Shown: positions 1 to 13,367, counted from the first letter of the stretch. The stretch is DNA of 64,000 bases from Felis catus (GCF_018350175.1 NC_058383.1:14262001-14326000), one strand, 5' to 3'. A program made the numbers and translations. The notes: generated by a model from the letters alone, not told the origin.

Positions 1-33
1 ATTTATTCCCGTACTGATTTCAAAAATGGTTTA

Positions 34-255
34 GGGGGCGCCTGGGTGGCTCAGTCGGTTAAGCCTCCGACTTCAGTTCAGGTCACAATCTCACGGTCCG
101 TGGGTTCGAGCCCCGCATCGGGCTCTGGGCTGATGGCTCGGAGCCTGGAGCCTGCTTCCGATTCTGTGTCTCCCTCTCTCTCTGCCCCTCCCCCATTCAT
201 GCTCTGTCTCTCTCTGTCTCAAAAATAAATAAACGTTAAAAAAAATTAAAAAAAA
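34..255 (+). mobile_element. Can-SINE (young felid type)
   Basis: GGGGCGCCTGGGTGGCTCAGTCGG head, GTTCGAGCCC B-box, (CT)n, A-tail; TSD aaaaatg(g/a)tttagg at 22-35 and 251-264. Confidence 0.95.
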
Positions 256-839
256 TGATTTAGGCCACAGGAAAATGACATACAACAGAAGGACCCGTAT
301 GGATACCGAACGTTATATTGTAGTGGCAGTCGTAGCTGTGTGGAGGGGAATTCGTGACAAGGGGACAGCAGGAAGGAAGCTAGGCGCCACATGAACTTGA
401 ATAGCGTTATGTGTTCGGTTCCACACATTTGCCAGAAACGGAACTGGAATCCGCGCTGGTGCTTTCGACGAAGAGATGTCATCCAGGTGGCTCAGCTCGT
501 CTCCGGGATAAAGCGGATCAGGGGCAGCACACCCAAGCCTGGTGCCGAGACCCTAAAGAGAGTTCCCGGAAGTGGGCTGACCCCGAGTCCTATCACGGTG
601 TCCTCAAGGGCACGTGAGGCAAATTGTGCCTTATTGCGTTTGTTTGCAAATCCCGGAAGAGCTGGTGGTGTCAGAGACCACGAAGACATTTACCGTCTAC
701 CTAACAGGAATCCTGGAAGTCCAAGGTCCCAGGCTCTTTAGGAGCTCTGAGGTGTCAGGTGCGTGGTTCTAGTCCCGATCGCTCGCACTGCTGGCTTCGT
801 GGTTGATCCAGATGTCATGTCCTGAGGGTGGGCATCTCA

Positions 840-1000
840 AGCGGAGTCAAAGGGCTTTCCTTTCTATCAGAGAGGAGTGGTTGCTCTTTAGGGGTCTCTC
901 CCCTATATTGGCCAGAGCAAGGTCACGTGACACCCCTGAGCAGCAGAAGGGCTGGAGAAGCGTCCAGCAGTGGGGCGCGATGGGCTTACGCCACCTTGAT
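840..1000. mobile_element. Old MaLR LTR fragment (MLT1J/K-like)
   Basis: attggccagagcaaggtcacgtgacacccctgagcagcagaagggctggagaa resembles the MLT1J/K core motif. Confidence 0.5.
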
Positions 1001-3513
1001 CATTGTGGGGCTGGGCCGATTGCCACCCGGTCAAGGTTCTGTTAGCAAGGAAGGAGGTGCGAGCGGAGGAGAAAGGGTTTGGGAAGACAGCTCAGAGGGA
1101 CGGCCTCAGTAGGCCCCTAACACACCAGTCCCGTAGACCCCCGTTTTCTAGGAGGCAAACCCAGTGTGCAGCTCAGCGTTGATTAGATTTATTCCCAAAA
1201 TAACTCTCGAGTCTTCAGAGGGATGGCCGCCCTGTATTTCATTTCGGAAAGCCTCTCTGTGGATGTTATTTTATTGCTACTGACCTTCTCTGTAACCCGA
1301 GCAGCAGGGAGCTTGAAAGTGAAGCTTCCTGACAATATCCGGAGTGAGGGTTTGCTGTTTGGCCAGTTAACTCTGTGTTGTGTCCGTCAGCCGAGATGGG
1401 AATAGGGGACCACATGCCCTCGGCAAAGTTGACGAACCCAATGAGGATGCCTGGTTCCCAAAGGTGTGCGGTGTATGTAGGCTTGGCAAAGACTCATGTG
1501 GCTCAGGCCTTCCAGCTAAGCCACGCTGGGGTGGGGTTCACTGGTGATCCCACCAGATGAGGAAGCTTCTTATGGCTGGAGATAGCCTGAGGGTCAAGCC
1601 CCTCCGCAGGGAGTGAGCCAAGGGTGTGCTACTGGAGACGATGAAAAGGCACAGTCAGAAAAATGCTGCTCTAAGGAACCTGTTGGGAGGGGAGGAGGAG
1701 GGGAGTTTCTCCCTTGGCTTGGATCCTACATGGCGAACCAGTGGGGGACACGTATCAGGAGAGAACCGAAGACCGTTCATCGGAGGTACTACAGTTAAAT
1801 GACTTAGCTCTGAAAATAGATTTGATCATCCATCAGGCTTGAAAACCCCATAGAAAAGCGAATGTGCTCTTTGGGGGTTGGGGGATAGACTAGAGGTTGT
1901 GGAAGCCCAGTTACAGGCTCTCCCCTAAGCCCCAAGGATTTCACGAGAGCGCAGGAAGAGTGAATGGCCCACCTCTGGTCCAGGTTTCCATATCCTTGGT
2001 AGGTACCGCTTGCCCCAACACATTATGGGTGAGCTACCCTGTGAGACACAGCGTCTGGCTTTGCAGCCAGAGTTGGGCTGAGCTCCACTCCAGTCAGCTA
2101 CTCTGGAACCTTCATAAGCTCAGAGAAGTTGCTTCCTCCTCCTCCCCCACCAAGGATAGGTTTCCAGAATTCAGCCAAGAAGGGAGGAAGGAGGGGGGCA
2201 ATTCAGAAATAAGCATCCCAGAGGTCGCAGGTTGGATACAGGCAAAGCCAATGGTCACCTGGTTTCTTCTCTCCAGGAATGGCTTCCCATTCACCACTTC
2301 CTCCACATTGTGATGGATTTGGGCCTAGTTTGGCCCACATCCAATGTCTAATGGTACTGGTTTCCAAACCATTACTTCCTCAGAGAAGGATCAGAAAGTT
2401 CTGTGTTTCTTGAATCGTCCATCTGGTAACTTAGATGTGCCAACTGCATGCTCTAGACCTGGGGAGCATTACCTGGAATGTTGTAGGACCGTTCGAGGAG
2501 GTATATTTCTGGAGAGCTACCTTAGGTGGTCTGGGAAGGCCTGGGGGTGAGGGAGCCTCTTTGCGTAGCTGAGGGAGGGGGTGGGAAGAATCCCTCCCCT
2601 GTTGCCCTTCCCAAGACCATATTGGCCAATATGGAAATGAATTCTCAAGAAACACCAGTGTCCTAAAAGGAGGGCAGAAGGTTAAGGGAGTTTTCAAAGC
2701 AAGTAAGCCAACAGAAAGAAAGTAAAAATGTTTCCAGACAATAAAACAAGGCACAAATTGAGATTTCTGATGAAGGAGGTAAGCTGAAAGTGACAAGGTT
2801 AAATTTTTTAAAAATACAAAATAGAAGGAATAAAATTTGAGACAAGTGTTAAAAGTAGGTTGGTAAGAGAATACTTTTTGAGTGAAATAGAGTTTAAAAA
2901 ATAAACACTTGAGCTAATGAGAACAAAGGTGGATGGAGAAAGAATTTTGCGGGGGGGGGGTTGGTTAGAGGATGAATAACGTACAAGATCGAGAAAGTGG
3001 AGAGGGATCCCAGCTTACGCTTCTGTTTTGCCTGGAGCACAGATCGGATGCTGTGGTTTAGGACGAGGTCCGCGATTTGTAACTGAGGAAACTCCCAGAA
3101 CCGTGGAGAGATGACGCAGGGTAGCACAGCTGGTCCGTGTGGAGTCATGACAAGGACACAATTGGGAGGGTCTTCCCTTGACTCCTTAAATTCCTGAGAA
3201 GGGCCAGCGAAGGGATAGGAGCGTTCACGTTTAAGGATATAGATGGCTGTGCTGGGCATTTGTTCTTACGGGTCCCTTGTGTGGGGGAAGCAGAAGACGC
3301 TGCAGCCGAGAAGGACCTTGGCGGTCACTGAGACAGAAGAGGACATCACTCTAGAGTATAGCTTACCTTCCCACACCAGCTGTCCCTGTGTCTGCCTCCG
3401 CCCGTCAACTTTCATCATTGTCTGTTTGCCTGGATCAAAACCTTGGTGTGGGCCGTCCCTTCCATGTCACCATTGCTAAAAAGCCCTTGAGAATTTGGCA
3501 GGGTCATCTGTGA

Positions 3514-3870
3514 GTGTGTTATCGGTCTGCTGGGGCTGCCATAATATAATATAACAGACCGGGGCGGGGGGCTTATAGAACAGGATTTCATCGCCTCACA
3601 GTTCTGGAAGCTGGAAGTCTAAGATCAGGGTGCCTGCGGGATGGGTTTGCCCCAAGGCCTCTCTCCTTGGCTTGCAGACGCCTTCTCCACATGGAGGTCT
3701 TCCTGCCTGTGCTCATCCCTGGGGTGTAAGAAGACGCTGGTCCGATTGGATTAGGGGCCACTGTGGTAACCTCATTTGAACTCCGCCACCCCGATGGAGA
3801 CCCTCTCTCCAAGTAGGGTTACATGCTGAGGTCCCGGGAGTTGGGAACTCAACACCCAGCAACATGTGAC
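3514..3870 (-). mobile_element. MaLR solo LTR (MLT1A-D-like)
   Basis: ctcacagttctggaagctggaagtctaagatcagggtgcc ... gattggattaggggccac ... aactcaacacccagcaaca, typical of MLT1. Confidence 0.8.
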
Positions 3871-5155
3871 AGGGCATGTGCGTGCGGTACACCTCACCTG
3901 TTGCCCTTGACCTACTTTAATTACTTGTGTCATTAGTTGCTTCGTGTCGTGTTTGCTGTGGCCACCGCCTTCCGAGCTGTGCTCACAGCGGATCGTGCAC
4001 TGGTTGTGCTCGGCGGGCTTGGCAAGGAGGGGCTCCCCCAAAGAGAGATACCTAAAATTCCAATCCAGAGTCCACGCTGGGGAGAGCCGTAGACTTTCCC
4101 ACTTACCGCACCGGGACCATTACGTCTTCCCATCCTTGGGTGGTAGGACCATGAAAACATTATTCCAAGCTCTTACGGACCACCGAATGCTCTGAATCAC
4201 CCCCCAAATCACTCTCAGGGGTCTTTATTTTTACCCCTCCAAGTGGTGTGGGTGTATCTCAGCTTCCGGTCCAGACTGTAGATCCCAGGAGGACCAGGCG
4301 GCATCCTGGGGATACTTTCTTCCCTTCAGGTGTCTCCCCAAGGACTTGGAATGACACTCCTCCAGTAGGTTGCAATTTGAGAGAGGATGGTCCTTGGGCG
4401 GCAGAGGTTCTTCTGCGTTGTGGCCGACTGTCCAGTGCCAAAAAAGCACATCAGCAAGCTATAGACCTCGTTTCATTTTAGCAAAGAATAATTATCTAGC
4501 ATGAAAGCAGCCTCAGGAAAAAAAAAAAATCTTCAATGTATCAGGTGAATATTTTGCAAAGGAGACTCTTTGACCTTAAAAAATGGTGAGCCATAGCTCA
4601 GTGAAAGCTAATTAGGGAGAGAGCACGCTGGTCGGGGGAGAAAATGCATATTGACTCAGAGTTTCTTTCTATGAAGGCAATTTGTGTAACAATGAGTACA
4701 TATTGGGTTGGAGGCCGCTACTGGCTTATTGGAAGCCTTCCAGGGCAACTATTGTGGTAGATGCCGAGCCCCCTCAGAAACCTGGTTTTAAAAGGAAATT
4801 AAATGTGACGGGTCGAGTTGCTGCAATTGTTAGCCTCGGGGAGGGAATAAAGGGGACATTTTGTCATGTGAGATGTCAGGAAAATTCACGAAGAGCTCGC
4901 GAGGCTGTCCACTTGAAAAAAAAACTCCCGCCCCTAATGGAGTTGGAAAAAGATCATTTAAGTTTGGCTATTAGGCGCTATGGCGGGGGGCGGGGGGTGC
5001 AGATGTCCTTCTTCATCCTTAGAGGGACAGTGGGTTTTTCTACTTTTGCAAAATAAAACGCACCTGAAGGACAGTGTGGGTGTGTAGTTTATTGCTCTGC
5101 AGACAAGGGGATGGAGAAGTTATAGTAGTTGGTTATTCCTGAAGAACAGAAAATT

Positions 5156-5297
5156 GGGGCGCCCGGGGGGCTGAGTCGGTTAAGCGTCCGATCTTGGCTC
5201 AGGTCATGGTCTCACCGTTTGTGGGTTCGAGTCCTGCGTCGGGCTCTGTGCTGAGACAGCTCAGAGCCTGGAGCCTGCTTCTGTCTCTCTCTGCCCC
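5156..5297 (+). mobile_element. Can-SINE, 3'-truncated (no A-tail)
   Basis: tRNA-like head and body, ending abruptly after ctctctctgcccc. Confidence 0.85.
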
Positions 5298-6053
5298 GGG
5301 GTTAACAGGCACATGCTGGGGTGGGGGGGGGGAGTGGCCCCGATACCAGAAAGAAGGGCCACGGAGGCCCTCTTTCCGCGTGCATTCACTGCAGCTCTTT
5401 GGAAGCGGAGACTGGCACGTCTGTGTCGGGGGTCTCTTAGGGTGCATGTGTTGTGTGGGTCATCACTTCCCCCAAAAGGCTTCCAGGTTCTTCTCAAGCC
5501 AGGAGCAATAAATTCGGGGTGTTTCTCATAGGTCATTTCCACTAACCCTTGCCATGAAGGTCATTTTCTACGACGCGGAGAGTGGCTGGGGCGTGAGACT
5601 GTGTTTTCTTTTGGTCTGCTGCATTCACTTGCATCTCCGTTTAGTGAAGTGTCCAGACTCTTCCGCCTGCCTAAACCTGCAGCCTCCAGGTCGAGGCTGT
5701 TGGCCGCACTGAGAACCAGGGCCGTAGGCTTCTCCGTGGAACCCTTACCTCTGCTCTGCCTCCTGTTTGTTTTCCTCAGTGGGGGGCTCCAGCAAGGGAA
5801 GGAAGCAAAGTGACATGGGACATAGAGGAATCAGGAGCATGTGAGACGATCCGGGAGGAGAAAAGACGGAGAAACCTGTCCCGGCCACAGAGGCCTTGTG
5901 GTCCAGGGATGGTGGCGACAGTGATAGTTCCGGGGCTCAGAGGAAGCCGCCTTTTTCTGTGTGTTCCCAGGCAGAATTAAGACCAACGTGTGAAATATCA
6001 AATGGTGAGGCCGATATTAACCCTATTCAGAGAACATCTAAAATGAACCCAGT

Positions 6054-6279
6054 GGGGGCGCCCAGGTGGCTCAATCGGTTAAGCATCCGACTTCGGCTCA
6101 GGTCATGATCTCACGGTTCGTGAGTTCGAGCCCCACGTCGGGCTCTGTGCTGACAACTCAGAGCCTGGGGACTGTTTCAGATTCTGTGTCTCCCTTTCTC
6201 CCTGTCCCTCCCCTGCTCACGCTCTGTCTGTCTGTCGGTCTCTCTCTCAAAAATAAACAGACATTTAAAAAAATTTAAA
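6054..6279 (+). mobile_element. Can-SINE
   Basis: Full head, (CT)n, A-tail; TSD approximately gaaccca(g/a)tgg. Confidence 0.95.
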
Positions 6280-7399
6280 GGAACCCAATGGAGGAGGCTG
6301 TTTGGGGGCTCACATGTGAGTTTGAACCTCCAGAGGCGTTTATTCTGAGGCTGGATTCCATCCCGGCGGCACAGTGGAGGAGGTGTATCCTGCATTAGGT
6401 CGAGGAATGGAGTGGCCCTGGATGAGCCTAAAAGCCTGAGATTTGGGGATTCATATTTATTTGGGGGGCTCTTTTGCATCCGCTGAATTTATTGAATCTC
6501 CAAGAGGTTGGATTTTGCCACTTGTCCACGGAGCGATCAGTCCTAAGCTAGTGCCTGTGTTGCTGTAGCTGGGCCCGCCCAGGTCCGGAAGGATCTTGCC
6601 TCTTGCTTCCCTTCTTCTGGTTTACTGCGATGCCACGGGGCTCTGACGCTCTGCGTCAGGTGTTGGGACCTCGCAGCTGCCCACTGTGCGGGCCGCACGT
6701 AACCGCGGAACCCCTGGAACAAAGGCCTTTGGAAGTCTGCTGATCTCCAGATGCCGCCAGGTTATTCCACATCCTTCGTTTCCTGACAGATGAGCTTTCT
6801 TGCTCGTGTCCTCATTCTGTCACGTACGTTTTCACACCGGGGCTGCACGGCGAGGAGCGTGGAATCCGAGAATACAAGGGGTCTCAGACCCTTTTCAGCC
6901 CCCATTTCACACGTGCGAGTTTCGTGGCCGGGATTTGCGTGAGGCCGTCGTCCCACCAGGGCAGAGAGGGCCCTGGGGTCCACAGACCCACATCCTCTGC
7001 ATGCCGAGGCTTATTTATTGATTGATGCTTTTGTCAGGGTAACTGTTTTCCATAATGACCTAGAATAGAAGGAGCTCCATATTTCTCTGCTCTTTCTTAC
7101 AGAGGCGCCTTGGAAGCATTACCTGTACCTGCTGCCTTCATTCGTTCACTCTTGTTCTCTCTCGAGCCTGCTCCAGGTTTTGGTTCCCTGAAGCTGGTCT
7201 TGCAGGATTTACTGGTGCCTCGGCATGACCAAATCCAAGGGAGCGTTCCCGAAATCCACCATTTCCGGGTTTTCTGTCTCCATGCCAGTTTTCTTGTCAC
7301 GGCTCTTCTCTTTCTGTCCCCTGCCTGTTGGAGTGCCCAGGGCTCAGCGTTCAGGCTTCCTTGTTCTCTGTGTATCTCTGTTGCCCAGGTGACTCAAGG

Positions 7400-7760
7400 A
7401 CCATGTCTTTAAATTCCCTTCGGACACTTGGGTCAATGCTAATTTTGTATCTCTAAAGCTGACCTCATCCCCTATATGCTTGACATCTCCATTTGGACGT
7501 CTCGTTGGGCGTCTCCAACTCAGTGTGTCCCAACAGAATGCTTGTCTCTGTGTCACGCCCACTCGTATCCAAAATCTTTTCCTCCCCCCGTTTTCCATCT
7601 TACTGAACGGCACCAACGTCCAAAATTCTTTGTTGCTCAGGTAAAAAATGTAAGTGAGCTCTTCCTGGAGTCTTTCTTTCTCTCCTGTGTCTTCAGATAG
7701 GCGAATCTAGCCCATCTTTTTAGCTACAGATGGCACCCAGCTGTTCCGTGTGCGTCTCAT
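7400..7760 (+). mobile_element. LINE-2 fragment
   Basis: gacatctccatttggacgtctc...ctccaactcagtgtgtcccaacagaa resembles L2 consensus. Confidence 0.6.
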
Positions 7761-8266
7761 CCTCCTTGGACCAATGGGCCACCCAAAGCCCGTTGTCGTG
7801 TTGAAACCAGGTGAAGAGGTGAAAGCCGCCAAGCGCGAGCACATTTCAAGCTTCTTCTCGGGTCACGCCCTCTAGTACCTTGTTGACCCAAGCCAAGCTT
7901 CATGGCCAAGCCCAGAATTAAGGGAGGGGAAGTAGCCTTTGCCCAGCAAAATGGTCAGGCCCAACATTAGTGGGGTGGGGATGTGTACTCTTCCCAGGGA
8001 GGTGGGGGGCAGAAAGTATGTATTTCCTGAACAGAAATCGAATGTAGCACGTTGGAGAAGCATTTAGAGGGGAAATGTCCTTATCAGTCAATGGGATCTT
8101 TAGCCAACAGGGTCTCTTTATGAGGACCTGGCTATTCATTTTTAAACTTGTGGTGTTTCTGAGTAGCTCTTTGAGAATGGGTGTTTTATGATTTCTAGTT
8201 CCTAGAAGCAGGGATGGTCATGGTAGCGGTGGTGATGGTGATGTGGATGATGATTGTGGCGGCGGT

Positions 8267-8298
<32 letters not shown>
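8267..8298. repeat. (GT)n microsatellite
   Basis: Directly visible, about 16 units, preceded by a GGT/GAT low-complexity run. Confidence 0.95.
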
Positions 8299-8303
<5 letters not shown>

Positions 8304-9549
8304 GGATGCACGCACATTAAGGGAAGGTGATGCTGGTGATTTTTAGGAGCGAAGGAGATAGCGACACTTCCCTAAAGGGGTTCACTTTTATGTTGTCTTC
8401 TCTTCCTCATCCCTTTTCTGATTTCGTAATTTACCCTTATGACGTGGCCACCGTCGTCACTCAAAAATCTGTGGATGTCTACGTATGGTATTGAAAATGT
8501 ATATGCTTTTTACAGAGTTTGGTGAAGGTTAGTTCACTGCCTTCTCCCCCTCCCTTTTTAACCCCTCTCATTAGGAATAGAACCCTAGGAGGAGGGTTCA
8601 GGGCATGAGAAGGGAGGAGTGGGAATTTGCTCGGAAACCTCTTAGGACCGGCAGGTGCCAGGCGAATGTGGCAAATGGCATGGTCGGCAATGTCTTGCGT
8701 GCATTTGACGCCAGCGAATTTTGTAGGTCACGGCGGGGGACTTTCTCCAATTCAGCATATTTCCCACCCAGCCCTAGGTCAGCCTTTTCTCCCCCTTGTG
8801 TAGTTTTTATGAGTGATGCGAGGCTAAGTGACACAACTAACCCATGCAGCCAGCGTCTCTCATCCGTCTGCTCTAAGCAATCTCGGTGATTGCCAAGTGC
8901 GTCGCTTCTTTATTCTATTAGAAATAGTTTTTTTCATCTACACGCTCGGACATATGCATCAGCTAGAGCCTGGGCCAGCCCGGAGGCGTGTGCTCATCAC
9001 CTCCACGCACAGGGGGATGTTTGTGCCAATGTCTGCTCGGCAGGAGGAGGGAGATTCAGGCCCTTTTGGTCCTCTTTATCAAGCACGAAATCTGAGAGTG
9101 CATATCCTTAAGGCATGTCTGGCAAGCTGAAACACATCGACCCAGGTTCCGGCTCCACCTCTGACTGTCCTCTGTGGTCTGAGGGGCCTTCGTAATCCTG
9201 ACTGGGCCTCCCTTTTCCTTTCTGCGGAATGTGGATGGGGCTCTTCTGAGGATCAAATTAAATAATCTTTGTAGAAAAGATTCCAGGGAGTATAAAGTTC
9301 ATAATACATGTACGATATGTCATTTTGTATAAAACTGCAGTTTGAAAATTTATGGACAGTTTGTTCCAAAGGCACTTCAAGCACATAACAATGATTCATA
9401 TCTCTTGGAATTGCAAATGCTGCATGAACAGTTTGGTTAATGGGCAAAAATGTACTTCTAGTATTCTGGGCTCCCGGGGGGAGCCACATCCAAAGACCTA
9501 TTCGTCATCATTTTGTCTTCTAGGATAGAATCCAACGGCGGATGACCAT

Positions 9550-9929
9550 GGGTGATGGAGTGGATGTATGTATCCCCTTCTGCCGAATTCAGATGTTACT
9601 GCCCCAACCCTCAATGTGATAGTATTAGGAGGTGAGGCCTTCGGGAGGTAGTTAGGTTTAGAGGAGGTTATGGGAGCGGTGTCCCCGTGATGGCACTGGT
9701 ACCCTTAAGAGGAGAAGAAGACACCAGAGCTTGCTCTCTTGTTCTGCTACGTGAGGACACAGCAGTCAGGCGGTTGTCTGCAAGCTGAGAAGAGAGCCCT
9801 CACCAAGAACCAAAGAACCAGCACCTTACTTTTGGACTTCCCAGCCTCCAAATCTAAGAAACAAATGTCTGTGGTCTAAGCCTCTCGATCTATGGTATTT
9901 TGTTATAGCGACCTGAGCAGGCTAAGACA
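9550..9929 (+). mobile_element. MaLR solo LTR (MLT1A-like)
   Basis: aatgtgatagtattaggaggtgaggccttcgggagg ... ttggacttcccagcctcc ... tttgttatagc ... gctaagaca (CA end). Confidence 0.85.
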
Positions 9930-10589
9930 TCATGGAAAATTGGAAACCATGGTCCTATCACATGACTGAGGAGTGGGTATGTTTAGCTTGGAAAAAAGAG
10001 AATACGAAGACAGGTCTTGATAATGTCCTGAAATATCTGAAAATAACAAGAAAGCATACTTATTTGCATGACAGGTAAACCAGGAATGCCCTGCCCTGCA
10101 AGGTGGTGAGTTCTTCGTTTCTAGAGGACTATAGCAGAAACTGGGTGGCCATCTCTCTGGAAGTCCCACGCTGGATGGTGGTGTGGAGAAACAGCTGAAT
10201 TTTCCTTCCTTCCAACTCAGGATTCTGTGTCGGATCCCGGGGGCACTCTTGCCGTTAGATAGAGGAACGATTTATTCCGTTCTCTTCTGCCAAGAAGCAG
10301 CTGACACGGTTGAACTCTGTGAGTTCGTTCAAGATATCAAGACTCACAGAACCTTCGGACATCATGTCTGAGAAGCGTGGGAGGATACGGGACAGAAAAT
10401 GTCAAAATCATTATAATGCAGATGTCAACAAATGTCAAGATCATCACGCTAATAAATGAACTGGGGATTTTATAATGATTTGATAGGAGTTCGTGAAGCA
10501 GTGCTTACCAGTTTCTGACATGTCTCCAGGAGATGTCTGTGTCAGCACTAGAACATACGTGGTAATATATTTGGCCAGCGCAGCTCATA

Positions 10590-11240
10590 ATGCACTCGTT
10601 CACTTATTCGTGCGTTCAGTGGCTTGGCTCACTCAGCTATTCGTTCACGTGTGCAACATGTACAAAGCGCTTCCTATGTGCCAGGGCGTGTGTAAGACAC
10701 AGAGAGGTCTTCCTGTTCCCAGGAAGTGTGACTGAGTCGTCAAGGGCATATATAATATGATAGGAGCCGTGCTCTGGTTGAGATTTCCACCAAGAGGCGG
10801 CATCTGACTCTCTGGCCAGGGCGGTGTTCAGAAAGGGTCTGCAGGTTTGTGCCGAGTCGCGAGGATGATTGGCGGAGGCACGGAGGGGCAGTGACTTTTT
10901 AGAGGCGTCAGCAGAGTGTGGGATAGCTCAGAAGAAACTATGAGGCAGGGGGAAGGGTGGAGGACGAGGCTGGGCAGGGAGTCAGCTAATGAGCGGCTTT
11001 GTATATTACATGGAGAGTTTGGATTTTTCCCGTAGCAGCAGGAACGCACTGATGAATTTTAAGCAGGCAGTGATCAGCCTGGTGTGCCTCACACCCTGGC
11101 TTAGTCTCCCCCTGAGGACTGGGTTAGGAGTTGACTGCAATAACTCGAGGACCTGGGCTTGAATCCAGGGATGCAGAGGAGGAACAGGGTCAAGAGATAC
11201 GCAAGAGCGAGTCCCGAGAGTCGTTGGAGTAACGAATTAG
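10590..11240 (-). mobile_element. LINE-2 3' fragment
   Basis: Degenerate tcattc-type tail, cctatgtgccaggg, and a purine-rich L2-like body. Confidence 0.6.
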
Positions 11241-11260
11241 AAATAATATGCGTATGCGAT

Positions 11261-11410
11261 GGGGCGCCTGGGTGGCTCAGTCAGTTCAGTGTCCGACTCT
11301 TGATCTCGGCTCATGTCTTGATCGCATGGTAGTGAGTTCAAGCCCCACGTTGGGCTCCATTCTGGACGTGAAGCCTACTTAAAAAAAGAAAAAAAAATTT
11401 ATATATATAT
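11261..11410 (+). mobile_element. Short Can-SINE lacking the (CT)n block
   Basis: Head to gagcctacttaaaaaaa tail. Confidence 0.9.
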
Positions 11411-13103
11411 AACACAGATACGATTAGCATATTTGTTTCACATAAGTATTGTATACTGATAATTGAAATGCTTAGTACAGTATAGTGCTTTGCATCTAAA
11501 GGACATTTGTCAGTCTGAGTAGTTATCACTAATATTTGTGTCCCAGATGGTACTGTCCTCTCTCTCTCTTTTGACAATGTTTCCGGGCTAGCTTTTCCAT
11601 TCCACTCATGGGCCTATCATTTCTTGTTCCATTGTCTCGCTATCTTAATTATTAGAGATTTTCCATGTGTTTTAAGCCCCTCCGTGGCCCCCTCTTCATG
11701 CATTTCTGAGGGGTGGTCCCTGTTGAGAAGTTGGCCGGGAATATGCCTGGAATTATTGCTTACTATGAAGTTTACGGCTGCAACGTCCCGATTGTAAGGT
11801 TTACAACTTCCAAATGCCGTAGCATTGCAGAGGAGCTCCCTGAGACTCCGTGACCTTCACGAGGCGCCGAGCCTCTGCAGAGACCCCCTCGCACGCGCTC
11901 ACCCAACTGGGCCGCGTGGCACCGTTGGCTGGCGTGTGTGTGTGCGTGAACAGGCACGCACGTGCCGTGGATGTTGGGGAGCTTTACGAGTTGACAAGGC
12001 ACCAGACCGTATTTCGCTGCAGACTCCATCCGTCCCAGAGTTTGTGTGTCTGTTGTGAGTGCCGTATCCCTACTTCTGGAAGAATAATGCTGGTTACCTG
12101 TAAACTCGTGAGTTTAAGCTGTAACCCTGGAGAAAATTATGTCCTCCGTCGTACGGGGGGAGGTAGGAAGGCGGCTCGGACTCAATTTACAGCCGTGGCT
12201 CTTTATTTTTGCTGCCACCATGGAGCCTTTGTGGCTTGGGCCTAACCGAAGACGGACGTGGGCCGAGCGATTGAGTTTTTCCAAGCGGTCGTCGGGTCTC
12301 TGCAACTCCGGATCCCCGGGCTCTGTGCGAGATGGGCAAGGCTCCTCTGTCATCCACAAGTTAGGTGTTGACCCAAGTGCACTAGAAGGGAATTTCTCAA
12401 ATTTTAAAAGTCGGGGTTATTTTTATGGCTTAATGTTTGGAAGATGGGATGACTATCCAATATTTAGAGGCTCGCTTCCCAGTGGATATGTAGAATTTCC
12501 TCCCGGTGACCCTGCCACTTGAATTCTTACTGCTTTTATTTGCTAACTTAATATTGGATAGGGCCACCCCACCCACTTTTCTTCTTAAAACAGAAAAAAT
12601 CTAAGTTTTCTTACCTCTGTGTTCTGCTGGGGTAATTTTGGAGTTTCCGTTCCCTCTACATTGAAGGGGAGAAATTTATGTCTTCACGGCATCGCACCTT
12701 CTAATTCAAAAGCACGTCTCTCTGCCAAGTTAGATATGTCTCTTTTTATTCCCTTTATTAGAATTTTATAATTTTCTCCCTATTAGTTACAGTTATTTCC
12801 AGATGTATGGTCATATTTGTCGTTTTAATAAATATCATTCTTTTTACATGATATATTCTAGTGGGTTATCGCTAGAATGTGAAACACCGGGAGCTCATGG
12901 CTCATGGCTCTCCACATGGCTCCAGCTCAGGGGTCCCAACTGAGGAGGGAAATTGCCTCCTGCCCCCTTTCTTCTCTGCCCTGGAGGTGCCTACTTCCGG
13001 GACGTGCCAGTCTTCAAGGGCACCAGGGCCTTTTCCACGGTCAACCCAATGGCCTTTCTCAGGCTGCTCGATTTCCCTGTGACATTCATCAGCGTGGACT
13101 CTC

Positions 13104-13321
13104 TTTTTTTGTTTTTAATTTTTTAATGTTTATTTATTCTTGAGAGAAAGAGAGCGTGAGCAGGGGAGGGGCAGAGAGAGCGGGGGACACAGAGTCCGAA
13201 GCAGGCTCCAGACTCTGAGCTGTCAGCACAGAGCCCAACGCGGGGCTCGAACCCATGGACCGCGAGATCAAGACCTGAGCCAGAGTCGGATGCTTAACCG
13301 ACTGAGCCACCCAGGCGCCCC
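13104..13321 (-). mobile_element. Can-SINE
   Basis: T-tail, (GA)n, ends ccaggcgcccc; TSD gactctctt. Confidence 0.95.
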
Positions 13322-13367
13322 TAGACTCTCTTCTTTATGACCGTATATACAACTGTAATATGTAGTC

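Noticed and set aside
34..120. tRNA-like sequences with Pol III A/B boxes (many copies)
   Set aside because: These are the tRNA-derived heads of Can-SINEs, followed by SINE body, (CT)n, A-tail and TSDs; not tRNA genes.
10784..10802. CTCF-like motif ttccaccaagaggcggca
   Set aside because: Mismatch in the core and located in an L2 remnant; unsupported without PWM scoring or ChIP data.
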